64,000 bases of DNA from Candidatus Bathyarchaeia archaeon (GCA_049516875.1 JBEKSS010000003.1:64001-128000); one strand, 5' to 3'. Positions 50,401 through 60,871 are shown, counted from the first letter of the stretch. Program-made: numbers and translations. Notes: generated by a model not told the origin, from the letters alone.

Positions 50401-50632
50401 TTCATGGTAGCAAGTAGGATGCTTGTCTGACAACGTAGGGTCGAGCGGTAATGACTGAGGCAATTGTATACTCCCTTCTCTCCTTTCTCCCTCTTTTGCT
50501 TATTGTCCTCACGAACAACAACGCCCCCTTGCGCAAGGAGCACATACTAAACAAATTGACACGATTTTATTCGTGTGTACAACGACAAATTCGATGAGGC
50601 TTTTCGGTTCTAGCCCTCGAGGTTTGATGAGC

Positions 50633-51148
50633 TCAATGCGCTAGCCACGGGGTTTGCCACTCTTCTTTGAAGAAGATTTCTGAAAGCTCTTCCCTCGGTC
50701 TGGGAGCAGGTGTTTCATTGGGTATGCCGATAGGCAGCAATGCGACAACTCGCATTTTTGCAGGAATCTTGAGCAGACGCTTCACCGCGTCCTCGTCGAA
50801 GGCACCTATCCAGCAAGTGCCGTAGCCTAGAGCCGTGGCTGCCAAGGCCATGTGTTCAAGGGCTATCATCGTGTCTTTTTCGTGCCACTTTGTCGACACC
50901 TCAGGATCGCCCACTGCAGCCACGATTGCTGCAGCGTCACTAAGGAACCCCTGATTGTTCGCCGCTCCCGCGAGAGCCTTCTTTCGATTCGCATCTCGAA
51001 CCACTATGAAGCGCCAGGGCTGGCGGTTGGCGGCAGAAGGCGCCAGACGAGCGGCCTCGAAAATCATTTCCAGCTTATCATCGGGAATTGGTTCTTGCCG
51101 GTATTTTCTGATGCTTCTGCGGCCTCTTATAGCTTCAAAAACGTCCAT
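50633..51148 (-). CDS. Nitroreductase-family flavoprotein
   Basis: RRSIRKY, LAPSAANRQPW, LGYGTCWIG. Confidence 0.94.
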   Translation of the reverse strand: MDVFEAIRGRRSIRKYRQEPIPDDKLEMIFEAARLAPSAANRQPWRFIVVRDANRKKALAGAANNQGFLSDAAAIVAAVGDPEVSTKWHEKDTMIALEHMALAATALGYGTCWIGAFDEDAVKRLLKIPAKMRVVALLPIGIPNETPAPRPREELSEIFFKEEWQTPWLAH

Positions 51149-51412
51149 CGTATTTGTTCCCCTTCCATGGAATGCACTTTGCTCTAGAACGTTAGCCGTC
51201 GCGTGTCATGCATATATGGATTCCTCAAGCAGCTGTGCGATTTGGCATGCAGGCGCTATCAGGTTCCAGTGTCCATGTCTCGTTCACTGCAGCACTTTCC
51301 ACCGCAAGGAACAGTGAAATGTCGAGACGGCGCGTTTCATCCGCGAAAGATCACTCTGAGAACTCTAATCTTGGGGATAACGTCCACAAAGCTTGATGTT
51401 AGGAAGTTATTC

Positions 51413-51610
51413 TTACCGTCTCGTCGTTGTTGCTTTTGCTTTCAGTTGTTTCTCTTTTTCCGGCATTGCCACTATCTTTATCTGGGTTTTGTAGAGACAG
51501 TTCTTTGCTGCTTCCTTTGCGTCTCTTCGAGTTTCATAAGTCCCTTTGAGTTCAATCCACGGCAATGTTTCATCAACCTTTATCCATACAGCGTGCAAGT
51601 TTTCCACCAT
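51413..51610 (-). CDS. Small hypothetical protein
   Basis: 65-aa ORF with AGGA RBS in an otherwise empty interval. Confidence 0.5.
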   Translation of the reverse strand: MVENLHAVWIKVDETLPWIELKGTYETRRDAKEAAKNCLYKTQIKIVAMPEKEKQLKAKATTTRR

Positions 51611-51986
51611 TTCCTGACCGAGAAAAAGGATTAGATTCTTGGCAATTAAAACGGTTATGAATCCTGAATAATTATCTGGGTTAAGCTTCCCTTTGGAAAC
51701 TTATTTAAGCAGTGCTGTCCCACCTCTTAGAGTTTAGGAGAGAGACGAAGGTAGAGCCCGGCCGGGATCACGTAAGATTGCTCGGTTGAAGCGGTGCCTA
51801 TGGATGGACAGAAAGAAAAGAATCCAAGAAGATGTACAGCGTGAAACGACGACTGAGCAGCGTGCATGGTTCCGTCAACGATTCTTTACGGCCAGAGGGA
51901 ATTCCTGAAACACATCGTAAGTCTGTCAACGAGTTTTTAACCTTCCATGCCCTTTGTGGGCTTTTTTCAGGGGAGGCCGGCATCTG

Positions 51987-53234
51987 ATGGCTTACTCCGC
52001 AAATCCGAGGGCGTTCCTAACAGCGTTCAAGGAAACGCTGGCTGGACACTTCGCCGGCGTCGGAGGAATAATCGCAGGTCTCATAGTTGCTTGGCAGCTT
52101 GATGTTTTCCGAAGTGTGCCAGGACACGCATGGACTATTGCAGTCTATCCGACCGTGTTGACTGCCAAAGCCGTGATAAACGGTGTGTTCAGCGGACGCT
52201 TGAACACTGCCTTGCACGTTGGAACGATTTCCCCAAGATTCTCTGGAAACATGAAAACCCTGAGTCGAATGTTTCAACGAATACTGATCTTGACCTTGGC
52301 GACGAGTATCGTAATGAGCATCGTTTCAACCATTCTTGGAACCCTGTTCTGGGGAGTGGCCCCTGCAAGTTTCTCAGATGTCTTGATAGTTGTTGTTGCT
52401 ACAATGAGTCTAGGGTTGACCCTTTACTTGTTCACGTTATCTGTCACGTTTACTGCCTTCAAGAAAGGTGTGGACTTGGACAGTGTTGCATATCCAATTT
52501 CTGCCACGATTGCAGATGTTTTCATAACGGTCTGCTATGCTTTGGCAGTTAATCTCTTCTTCAACTTCGGCTACGCAGGACAATACACCATTCTCCTAAT
52601 CGCGATCCTGCCCGTGGTTTTGGTGCTCTATTCCTTGCCCCGAAGCATCCACGAGGAAGGATTTTCCAAAACCATGAAGACCTCTATCTCGGCTCTGATG
52701 TTTGTGGCGGTGATTGCCAGTGTCACGGGGACGATTTTGCAAAAGATAAATGTTGTCGCAAGCCTTTGGAACGGGAACCCTGCTCTTCATCCCGCTGCAC
52801 TTTTTGCTGCTTACCCCGCTCTGATTGAACTGGTAGGCGATGCCGCTCTGGTCATAGGATCCACTGCTACAACAAGGCTTGTACTCGGGTTACTGGAGCC
52901 CTACTTTTCTGCCATGAAAAACCATGCATTGCAGATTCTCGGTGCTTGGGCGGCTTCGGCTGTTGCGTTCGTTCCACTTTCGGCTGCATCACTCTTTCTG
53001 ACCGGGGCGTTTGGGCTGCCTGCATTCTGCCTTCTGACTTCCGTGTTGCTTGCGACAAACGCCTTCGCCATGATCGCTATGACCCTGATATCTTACGCAC
53101 TTGCAATATTGACTTTCAAGAAGGGCTTGGACCCTGATCATCTGGTTATCCCTATTGAAAGTTCACTTGCGGGCACCATAACGACAACCGCTTTGTTCGT
53201 TGCCTTGTTCCTGCTACTCCACTTGGGGGGATAG
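51987..53234 (+). CDS. MgtE/SLC41-type divalent cation transporter (duplicated membrane domain)
   Basis: SGRLNTALHVG, KKGVDLDSVAYP and KKGLDPDHLVIP repeats; GGAGG RBS before ATG 51987. Confidence 0.85.
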   Translation: MAYSANPRAFLTAFKETLAGHFAGVGGIIAGLIVAWQLDVFRSVPGHAWTIAVYPTVLTAKAVINGVFSGRLNTALHVGTISPRFSGNMKTLSRMFQRILILTLATSIVMSIVSTILGTLFWGVAPASFSDVLIVVVATMSLGLTLYLFTLSVTFTAFKKGVDLDSVAYPISATIADVFITVCYALAVNLFFNFGYAGQYTILLIAILPVVLVLYSLPRSIHEEGFSKTMKTSISALMFVAVIASVTGTILQKINVVASLWNGNPALHPAALFAAYPALIELVGDAALVIGSTATTRLVLGLLEPYFSAMKNHALQILGAWAASAVAFVPLSAASLFLTGAFGLPAFCLLTSVLLATNAFAMIAMTLISYALAILTFKKGLDPDHLVIPIESSLAGTITTTALFVALFLLLHLGG

Positions 53235-53286
53235 AATTAAAATATTTCCTGCACTCTAGTCTCCTAGTTGGAGCGACCTTGAGCAC

Positions 53287-53895
53287 ATGCGAGCGTTAGA
53301 AAAGGTAAAATACAGGTCTGTACCAGTCCGGGATCTCTTCTTGGAAATGAAGAACCTGTCCGAGCTAATGATAGATCTGGCTTATTCGGCAGCCTTGTTC
53401 AATGATCGGGAACTCGCCGAAGAAGTCATGGAACTTGAGAACCGTGTCGATACGCTGGATTATCTGCTGGAAATGACTATCATGATCGCTGCAAGAGACG
53501 CCCATGATGCGGAAGCATTAGCAGGAGTGTCCGCTGCAGCCTCGGCAGCAGACAAGATCTCAGACGCTGCAGCAGACATAGCCGCAATAGTCACGCAGAA
53601 CATAGGTGTACATCCGATAGTGAGCCAAGTTTTTGAGAAAGTCGAGGAGCGTTTGATGCAGGCAAAAGTGAGTGCTGGCTCATCAATTGTTGGTAAGCGA
53701 GTAGGGGAGCTTGATCTGGCGGCGAGAATGGGCGTTGACATCATCGCCGTTCGACGGGACAAGGACTGGATTATAAACCCGGAGAATACTGAACAGATTC
53801 GAGGCGGGGACGTTTTGATTGCCCGCGGCGTTCAATCAGGCATCAGGGAATTCAAGGAGCTTGCAGAACAGAAACCGCGGAGGAGGGAAGACTGA
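53287..53895 (+). CDS. PhoU + TrkA-C (RCK_C) domain protein
   Basis: MKNLSELMIDLAYSA PhoU helix; GVDIIAVRR...GDVLIARG RCK_C. Confidence 0.88.
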   Translation: MRALEKVKYRSVPVRDLFLEMKNLSELMIDLAYSAALFNDRELAEEVMELENRVDTLDYLLEMTIMIAARDAHDAEALAGVSAAASAADKISDAAADIAAIVTQNIGVHPIVSQVFEKVEERLMQAKVSAGSSIVGKRVGELDLAARMGVDIIAVRRDKDWIINPENTEQIRGGDVLIARGVQSGIREFKELAEQKPRRRED

Positions 53896-54474
53896 ATGGC
53901 GCAGCAGGACCAAGCAAGGTTCGAGGAAATCGTTGAACGCCTAGTGGAGCTTAAGGACACTTCTGAACTCATGATCGACCTGGCCTACTCGTCGTTGCTT
54001 CTGAACAACAGAGAGCTGGCCGAAGAAGTGCAGAGGCTTGAAGAACGCGTGGACAAGCTGCACACAGATTTCGAACTGCTCGTCCTCAAAAGCGAATTCA
54101 AGAAGGAGGAAGCGAAGGGCTTTCTCGGACTCATACGGTTGGGAGTGGCAACCGAAAAAATTGCAGACGCAGCGGCTCAGATATCCGAGGTTGTCCTGAG
54201 AGGCATTGAACCGCATCCCGTGTTACAGCTCAGCATAAGGGAAGCCGAAGAGACAGTTGCTTACGTGCCCGTTACCAAAGACTCCCAGCTTGTGGATAAG
54301 ACTCTGGCGGAAGCACGGATCCCTGAGGAAACTGGAATGTGGATATTGGCCATAAGAAGAGGCAACAAATACATTAGACCTAAACCCGACTCTAGAATAG
54401 AGGTAGGTGACGTTCTAATCGCCTCAGGCTACGCCGACGGTGTGGAAAGCCTCAAAAAACTGTCAGCACGGTAA
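53896..54474 (+). CDS. PhoU + TrkA-C (RCK_C) domain protein, paralog 2
   Basis: LKDTSELMIDLAYSS; GMWILAIRR...GDVLIASG. Confidence 0.88.
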   Translation: MAQQDQARFEEIVERLVELKDTSELMIDLAYSSLLLNNRELAEEVQRLEERVDKLHTDFELLVLKSEFKKEEAKGFLGLIRLGVATEKIADAAAQISEVVLRGIEPHPVLQLSIREAEETVAYVPVTKDSQLVDKTLAEARIPEETGMWILAIRRGNKYIRPKPDSRIEVGDVLIASGYADGVESLKKLSAR

Positions 54475-54565
54475 CCAACATTCTGCCGAGTCCATAGCTA
54501 GACTACTTATTCTGAATGCACTAACGCTATAAACACGGTTTCCCCTCATATTCAACGAGGGACGC

Positions 54566-54970
54566 ATCATCACCAAGAAGAAAGAAACCGCGGCCATCAT
54601 CCAAAACTACACGTGTCCAAACCCATCTTGCCGCAAACCCTTCGTAAAACCATTGAAAGCCATAAACTTGGCCCTAGGAAACCCGGAACCATACCTCGCA
54701 TGCCCCCGCTGCCTCAGGGAGATCACCACCCAAGAAAGCCCGCCGACCGCCGAACCAAAGCCAAACCTAGAAACAGAAACCCTCAAAACCACAGAAGACA
54801 AAGCCGCAGAAGAAAAAGACGGCACGGCACCGACAAAACCACAGTGCACCCGCCACTTCGGATACCTAAGCGAACGTTCAAACAAAGAAAAAATACCCGA
54901 AGAATGCATCACCTGCACAGACATAGTCAACTGCATGCTAAAAGCCGTAAAAAACCAAACAAACAACTAA
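54566..54970 (+). CDS. Cys-rich double zinc-binding protein (start codon uncertain)
   Basis: CPNPSC...CPRC and CTRH...CITC...C; the first Cys pair lies upstream of the first canonical start (TTG 54653). Confidence 0.7.
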   Translation: MITKKKETAAIIQNYTCPNPSCRKPFVKPLKAINLALGNPEPYLACPRCLREITTQESPPTAEPKPNLETETLKTTEDKAAEEKDGTAPTKPQCTRHFGYLSERSNKEKIPEECITCTDIVNCMLKAVKNQTNN

Positions 54971-54981
54971 CACCAAAAACA

Positions 54982-55049
54982 CCAGCGGTTTGAGTCTCAA
55001 AAAAATCACGGATTGAGTACTCAAAAGCAAGGGCTCGAAACCCAACATC
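54982..55049. repeat. Dispersed double-palindrome repeat, copy 3
   Basis: ccagcggtttgagtctcaaaaaaatcacggattgagtactcaaaagcaagggctcgaaacccaacatc. Confidence 0.9.
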
Positions 55050-55089
55050 AGCCAGTGAAGCCATAGCCTCACATTAACACGCGCGAACG

Positions 55090-55917
55090 CTAGCTTCTCA
55101 GAAACGTTCGAGCCACATCTTCCAGTCTTTCGCCCAGGATTTGCACATCATCAATGCTGCCCAGCCCTTTCTCGCAGGCCTTGCGAATGTGGCTTATTTC
55201 ATGAGGGTCAAACCCCATAACCCTGCAACCGGTTGCGTCTGTCGCGACCGGATCTTTTCCAGTTATTATCAAGTCCATCTGAACAGGTGTCCCGTCGGAA
55301 GGACCACGGCCCTCCATCCCCACAAAGCCGTCAATCACCGTCAATACTGGTTTGAGCACGCTGTTAATGTCAACTATGACCTTGCTTATGCCCTTCAGGT
55401 GGTATTTTCCCTTAAACTTGTCAGGCAGAAGACCGAACATGTTCTTCATCCCCAACGTGACTCCCGTCGACATGTGGGTCTTAAGTTTAGCCGCACTCAC
55501 AACAGCAGATTCAGTGACAATACGTGGAACAGTTATGCTTTTCAATGTTTCAGAGTTAGGAACATCTATCTTGACTCTGTCCTTCACGTGCCTCAGGTTG
55601 AGACATTCAACACCGTTGCGCTCACACATTTCCCTCATGCCAGTCGCTTCAAAGGCCTTGTCAGCGCTGGTCATCGTAGCGTCTGATTCGACAACGTAAA
55701 TCTTAACATGCAGATTCTTTAGTCTCTCTATGATGGCTTCAACCACAATTGGATCCGTAGTCGCTCCAGTGTCCCATGTTTTGACCGTTATGAAGTTGAC
55801 TTTTATGAGCACCGTATCCCAACCGGACAGGGCAGCCTCATAATCCATCAAGTCCAAGGCCTTGAAAACAGGCTCATGACCTCTCTTGCCCTTAACAATC
55901 GCAACCTTCGGAGTCAA
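55090..55917 (-). CDS. DUF362 domain protein
   Basis: VLIKVN, KLKTH, TLGMKNMFG, DGFVGMEGRGP, DPVATD. Confidence 0.9.
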   Translation of the reverse strand: MTPKVAIVKGKRGHEPVFKALDLMDYEAALSGWDTVLIKVNFITVKTWDTGATTDPIVVEAIIERLKNLHVKIYVVESDATMTSADKAFEATGMREMCERNGVECLNLRHVKDRVKIDVPNSETLKSITVPRIVTESAVVSAAKLKTHMSTGVTLGMKNMFGLLPDKFKGKYHLKGISKVIVDINSVLKPVLTVIDGFVGMEGRGPSDGTPVQMDLIITGKDPVATDATGCRVMGFDPHEISHIRKACEKGLGSIDDVQILGERLEDVARTFLRS

Positions 55918-56002
55918 CCCGACGACACGACTAGCTTCTCTGAAGCAGCCAAAGGCAGAAGACAGATTGCATTAATAAAGGTTGAGAACCAAGACTCAAG
56001 TT

Positions 56003-57331
56003 CTATTTGGACTTGGTTATGTGCACGTTTTTGATTAGAACGTACGGAGCCAGTGAAGGTAGATCCGCTTCAAAACCCCACCAGTGCACGTGCTGCCTCT
56101 CCTTCGAAACGGCAGCGATATTGCCAAGCATGGCCAAAACGTTGTCGCTTATGCGCAAATCCTTCAAAGACTGCTTGATTTCGCCTTTTTCAATCATGAA
56201 GATGCCGTCTCGGGGAATAGTTGAGAAGTCACCCTTTGCAGAATTCTGGAAACGCGTGTACCAAGTGTTAGTCAAATAGAGCCCTCTCCTCACCTCTTTG
56301 AAAAGTTCGTCCCTGCTCGCGTCTCCATCATCCATTTCGATGTTCCACGGTGTCGGGTACACCAAACCCGCATTTCCCGTTGTCTTGGTTTTGAACATTT
56401 TGGCGGTGGAAGCGTTGTGAAGGTACGTTTTGAAGACACCATGATCGATGAATGTGTTCTCTTTTGTGGGAAAACCCTCATCATCGAAAGCCCTGTTGGA
56501 CATGGAATACGCCGCCGGATTGTCTTTCAACGTCACTACGTCAGGCGCTACCCTTGTGCCAAGCTTATTAACGAAAATAGACTGTTGCACGAGTACAGAA
56601 TAGGCTGAAGCCATCCCGCCCCAAACCCCAAGCAAGGAACCAAGAATCAAAGGGTCAAAAATGACATCGTAAACGCCCTCATCCCCAATTCTTGGGCTTC
56701 TGGCCTGCTTGGCTATCTCGCCGGCCTTTGCCCCAGCACGGGCGGGCTTGAAATCCTTCAGGTTCGAACAGCATTCCACCCCGTGGCCTGAGGCTTCCCT
56801 TTCTGAAAAAGCCCTGATTGAAAGCTCAATTGCTGATCTGCTGTCAACGCCAATAGGTCCTTCGGAAGAAGCGATGTAAACGTCTTCGAACTTTGTGAAG
56901 AGTATGCCTCCGCTTTCAACTCTACACCCGGCTTCTTTTTCAGCCGCTTCTATAGCTTCAAAAACATACTCCGCTGGACTTTCCAAATTCTCAAGCTTCT
57001 TATCTGCTTTGCTCTTTGCGTAGTGGAAACTGCCTTGAGCAAAGCCTCCAAAAGTTGGATTCTCCTCAGAAATCTTCGCCAGTTTTAACAGTTGCTTGAT
57101 GCTTGCATCAGCGTCATCGAAGCTGTGAATCTGCGTGGCGACAAAGCGTTTCTTCCATGCCAAGGCTACATCGGTTGAGTAGTCATTCCACGCGACGGTG
57201 ATGTCAACCTGGTTGTTGCTGAAACGCACCTGTCGATACTTGCCATAGGTTGTCTTCGCAACAATCTGGTCTGCCCCCAGCGTTTTCGCTTTCTTCACGA
57301 TCTCTTCAGTTTTGCCGAGTATGTAGGTCAT
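56003..57331 (-). CDS. TldE/PmbA family protein
   Basis: VRFSNNQ, FDDEG, TTGNAG; lacks HExxxH; follows tldD. Confidence 0.9.
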   Translation of the reverse strand: MTYILGKTEEIVKKAKTLGADQIVAKTTYGKYRQVRFSNNQVDITVAWNDYSTDVALAWKKRFVATQIHSFDDADASIKQLLKLAKISEENPTFGGFAQGSFHYAKSKADKKLENLESPAEYVFEAIEAAEKEAGCRVESGGILFTKFEDVYIASSEGPIGVDSRSAIELSIRAFSEREASGHGVECCSNLKDFKPARAGAKAGEIAKQARSPRIGDEGVYDVIFDPLILGSLLGVWGGMASAYSVLVQQSIFVNKLGTRVAPDVVTLKDNPAAYSMSNRAFDDEGFPTKENTFIDHGVFKTYLHNASTAKMFKTKTTGNAGLVYPTPWNIEMDDGDASRDELFKEVRRGLYLTNTWYTRFQNSAKGDFSTIPRDGIFMIEKGEIKQSLKDLRISDNVLAMLGNIAAVSKERQHVHWWGFEADLPSLAPYVLIKNVHITKSK

Positions 57332-58746
57332 TTCACAAACACTCTCCTAAGTCTTAGGCACGGGCCACCAGTGTACACCGGAACCCCCTGCTCAGGGTCG
57401 CCTTTCCCACACGTAGCCGCGTCAAACTCGACCTTTCTTGAAACCGCGTCAACGGCCGTCCAGAACTTCAACGTAGTCGTTTCAATAACAGGTCTTGACA
57501 CAGGATGCTTCAGTTCACCGTTTTCTATGAGATACGCCTCTCTCCCTACATAACGTTGGTTGAAACGTTTGTCATCGATGTTCCATTCGGTGAAAGACTT
57601 CATGTAAACGCCGTACTTGACGTCTTCAATTAGCTCTTCCTCAGTGAATTCGCCAGGAAGAACAAACGTGTTCGCCATCCGAACTATAGCCTCTCTATCA
57701 TAGTTAACAGACCTTGAAGAACCGTTGCTGTTCGTGTCAAGCTTCGCAGCCGATTCCCTGTTGTGCAGGAACTCGTTTATGACACCCTCCTTGTACAGGA
57801 ACCTCCGTGTGGCTCTAACTCCCTCGTCATCATACATGTAATAGCCGTAGCTGCTCTCGACAGTCGGATCATCCACAACGGTGACGGCCTTGCTGCCGAT
57901 TCTCGTGCCAATCCAGTACTGACCGCCTTTATAGATGAAGGATCTGCCAGCCTGGCTCATCTCCCGACCCAAGATTCTGTCAGCCTCCATCGGATGACCG
58001 CATGATTCATGCGCCGCTATTCCAGCGACTTCTGACCCGCAGACCAAATCCATTTTCTCAGGTTTCACGGTTTTTGCTTCCGTGATGACGCTTTTGAGAA
58101 CCTTGGCGTCGTGAACCATTTTCTCCGGAATCTTCCACTTGCTGAAAGCTTCCCACCCTCCGCAGTAACCAAACTGTTCGTACGCCTGCTCAGTTTTTCC
58201 CTGCTCAGCTACCGTGATGAAAACGTACGCGCCTATTCTCGGAACAAATGAGGATATTCGTGAACCCTCTGAGTTGACAAAATACTTCGTTATCAAGTTC
58301 GTTGCGCAGGATGATGCTGTGGCAGCGATCTTCACTTTTGAAGACGCTAAAGCCCTGTTAACCTCGGCAAGAGTGGATATTCTCTCTTCCAGCGAAACGT
58401 CTTCTATCCTCTTTTTTTGGTCGACAGCCCACTTGGTCTTGGCGCCCTTCTCTTCAGCGAAGACAAGCTTCTCCTTACGATTTGCACTGTTGGCATACTT
58501 GAAAGCCATGTCTGCAACGTCTTTGGCTTCTTCTTTCGTCCACTTGTTCGTCGAAGCGAAGCCGATGCCCCCGTCTGCTATGATTCGCACGCAAAATCCA
58601 CTGTCAACAGCTGAAACAACCGCCTCCACCACGCCGTTGCGCAGCATAAGCCCGTCCTGAACCTGACTGTGCGCCCTCACTTCAGCATATTCGATCTTCT
58701 TGCTCCGCGCACACTCAAGGGCAAAATCAACGATTTCCTCGTCCAT
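57328..58746 (-). CDS. tldD: TldD metalloprotease
   Basis: HESCGHPMEADR, YDDEGV, RMANT, CGKGDP. Confidence 0.92.
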   Translation of the reverse strand: MDEEIVDFALECARSKKIEYAEVRAHSQVQDGLMLRNGVVEAVVSAVDSGFCVRIIADGGIGFASTNKWTKEEAKDVADMAFKYANSANRKEKLVFAEEKGAKTKWAVDQKKRIEDVSLEERISTLAEVNRALASSKVKIAATASSCATNLITKYFVNSEGSRISSFVPRIGAYVFITVAEQGKTEQAYEQFGYCGGWEAFSKWKIPEKMVHDAKVLKSVITEAKTVKPEKMDLVCGSEVAGIAAHESCGHPMEADRILGREMSQAGRSFIYKGGQYWIGTRIGSKAVTVVDDPTVESSYGYYMYDDEGVRATRRFLYKEGVINEFLHNRESAAKLDTNSNGSSRSVNYDREAIVRMANTFVLPGEFTEEELIEDVKYGVYMKSFTEWNIDDKRFNQRYVGREAYLIENGELKHPVSRPVIETTTLKFWTAVDAVSRKVEFDAATCGKGDPEQGVPVYTGGPCLRLRRVFVK

Positions 58747-58829
58747 TTAGCATCAACCTTTGCAGCATATGTGCTAAACTGGGGCATAAAAGTCTTTTAG
58801 GCGCTGGCCAGTGGAACCTCCTTTCGCGT

Positions 58830-60437
58830 TCAGTCTTGGCTCTTCAACGTCCGTTCCAACGCGTCTATAACATTTTGTTTTCCCATAGCAAGAATGTAAG
58901 GGCCTAGTCTTGGGCCTTGGGGAGCACCCAACAGTACCGTGTATATCATCTTGAAGAATTTTGCAGGTTGAAAACCGCATTTTTTCGCAGTGTTGAATAT
59001 TGCGTTTTGAATTTTCTCGGCGTCGTCCTCGACCTTCAGCACTTGAACCAGTTCTTTCACGGCGTCTCTCTCTTGCGTGCTCAGCCTGACCAAGGTTTCT
59101 TTTATCGCTTGAAAATCTGCTGCCCAGTTGGACGCGTATTCAATCCGTTTTCTCGCGTTGTCATCGAGTGACTGGTCTCGCTGCAAGTAACCGTAGCTTC
59201 GAAGCTTTTCGGTCATGTACTGTTCTTCACTGCCTTTAGGGGCAACCTTCGCTAGGTATGTCAACAGGTTGTAGGGCGCGTGAAAGCCTGGTTTCGTGGG
59301 AAGCTTCATCGAGTAGCAATATTCGTACAGACCTCGAAGCTTGGCCAGTTCCTTGTCGTCCTTGACTCCTTTCTTTCCGAAATAGACATCCTCCAAGTTG
59401 TCCAGTTCGTCCATGTAGATTGGGATGTCAACCACGTCCAGCGCACGTGCCCCTACGAACCTTTTCAGCAGCAACAACATGAGTGACTGGGGAGAGCCAT
59501 ATCTAAACCAGGTTTGCGGTGTGAGCACGATTCCAGCGCTCTTGGCAAGCTTCTTACCGCTTTTGGCGAGGAACAGCTCGTATCTTGCGTGAACAGGTGG
59601 CTCCCAACAGAGTACTTCCCGGCATATGCGATCGTTAACCCGCACCGAATCAGCAACATCCTTTCCGAAAGCTTCAAACCTGATGTCCAAAGCCTTCCAG
59701 CGAACGGCGAACTCGCCCTTCCAGCTGAGCTTGCCTGAGCCTTTCCTGTAATCCACCTCGCCTTTGTGTCCACAGCCCTCAAGCCACCGTCCCTTCACTT
59801 CCATTCCTTCACAACTGTAAAGGATCTTATTCTCTTTCGCCACAAAGTCGTAAGCCTTTGTCGTGTAGATACGGCCGCAGTTTTCGCAAACGGCAAAGTA
59901 CGGTAGGGCCTCCAGAAACTTTTCCTGTCCAATCTCTTCTTTGACTATTCCACCGATTTTTTTGGCGTTCAAGAGTATAGTCCTGATTTCCTCGTTGAAC
60001 AATCCCGTCCGGTAAGCTTCTGCTCCCGACATGAACTTGTACTCTATCCCGCACTTGTCCAACGCTTCCATGAGCAGCATGGTCATGTGCTCTCCGTAGC
60101 TCTTGTGACACTTGTAAAAGTCCGGAATGTCCGTCACAGACTGCCCCAAATACTTCTCCAAAGACTCAGGCATCCCAGCAGGAACCTTCCTCAGCCCATC
60201 CTTATCATCAGCAAAAGCGATGAGTTCAGAGTTGAAATCCTGCTCTCTCAAAGCCAAGGTCACACCGAAAGACCGTGCTGCATCGCTCAAGTTACCTATG
60301 TGCGGCAAACCGGATGCGGCTATACCCATCTCGGTCCTAATCAAGCCTAAGCCTCTGCCGAGCTTCCGCTCCCTAGCAACCACCTTGGCGGCCATCTTGT
60401 CGTACCACGTGCCGTGGCCGATTATTTTCCGGCTCAT
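58830..60437 (-). CDS. lysS: Lysine--tRNA ligase, class I
   Basis: SGLPHIGN, CENC zinc site, GKLSWK, FEAFGKD, QGPRLG; ATG 60437. Confidence 0.95.
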   Translation of the reverse strand: MSRKIIGHGTWYDKMAAKVVARERKLGRGLGLIRTEMGIAASGLPHIGNLSDAARSFGVTLALREQDFNSELIAFADDKDGLRKVPAGMPESLEKYLGQSVTDIPDFYKCHKSYGEHMTMLLMEALDKCGIEYKFMSGAEAYRTGLFNEEIRTILLNAKKIGGIVKEEIGQEKFLEALPYFAVCENCGRIYTTKAYDFVAKENKILYSCEGMEVKGRWLEGCGHKGEVDYRKGSGKLSWKGEFAVRWKALDIRFEAFGKDVADSVRVNDRICREVLCWEPPVHARYELFLAKSGKKLAKSAGIVLTPQTWFRYGSPQSLMLLLLKRFVGARALDVVDIPIYMDELDNLEDVYFGKKGVKDDKELAKLRGLYEYCYSMKLPTKPGFHAPYNLLTYLAKVAPKGSEEQYMTEKLRSYGYLQRDQSLDDNARKRIEYASNWAADFQAIKETLVRLSTQERDAVKELVQVLKVEDDAEKIQNAIFNTAKKCGFQPAKFFKMIYTVLLGAPQGPRLGPYILAMGKQNVIDALERTLKSQD

Positions 60438-60502
60438 AGCAAGTCTAGCCTCTGCATGCAATAGTGAAATCGAAATAAAAAGTGTTTAGAAAAAGAGTGG
60501 GT

Positions 60503-60850
60503 TTACTTTCTTCTGAGAGCAGCAGCTATTGCCAAGCCGCCGAGCACAAGCAGAATCACAGCTAAGCTGTAGACCCAGTTGTACGTGTATAGAAACCACG
60601 CGCCGCCCATGGCGATGAGCAGTAGACCCCAACCGAAATAGCTGAACGCACCGCGCCCGTACTTTTCCGGATTTGAACGCTGCATCACAGCCAACGCCAT
60701 CAACCAGCCACCGAACAACACGATCATTGTTGCCAGAACCATCCACCACGCGGTCAACAGGCCCGCAGGTACATAAAGTAAGACGGAGACAACTATGATC
60801 ACGAAGAGAGCGCCTATTGTCAGCAAATTCCTGTCTGCCATTTTAGCCAT
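60503..60850 (-). CDS. Four-TM membrane protein
   Basis: 115 aa with four hydrophobic segments; GGAGG RBS; downstream of the SPFH gene. Confidence 0.8.
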   Translation of the reverse strand: MAKMADRNLLTIGALFVIIVVSVLLYVPAGLLTAWWMVLATMIVLFGGWLMALAVMQRSNPEKYGRGAFSYFGWGLLLIAMGGAWFLYTYNWVYSLAVILLVLGGLAIAAALRRK

Positions 60851-60871
60851 GTTTTAACCTCCTTTGGCTCG

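Noticed and set aside
54613-54993. Alternative 126-aa Arg/Lys-rich frame over the zinc-finger gene
   Set aside because: Stop-codon scarcity follows from T depletion; the Cys-patterned frame is more credible
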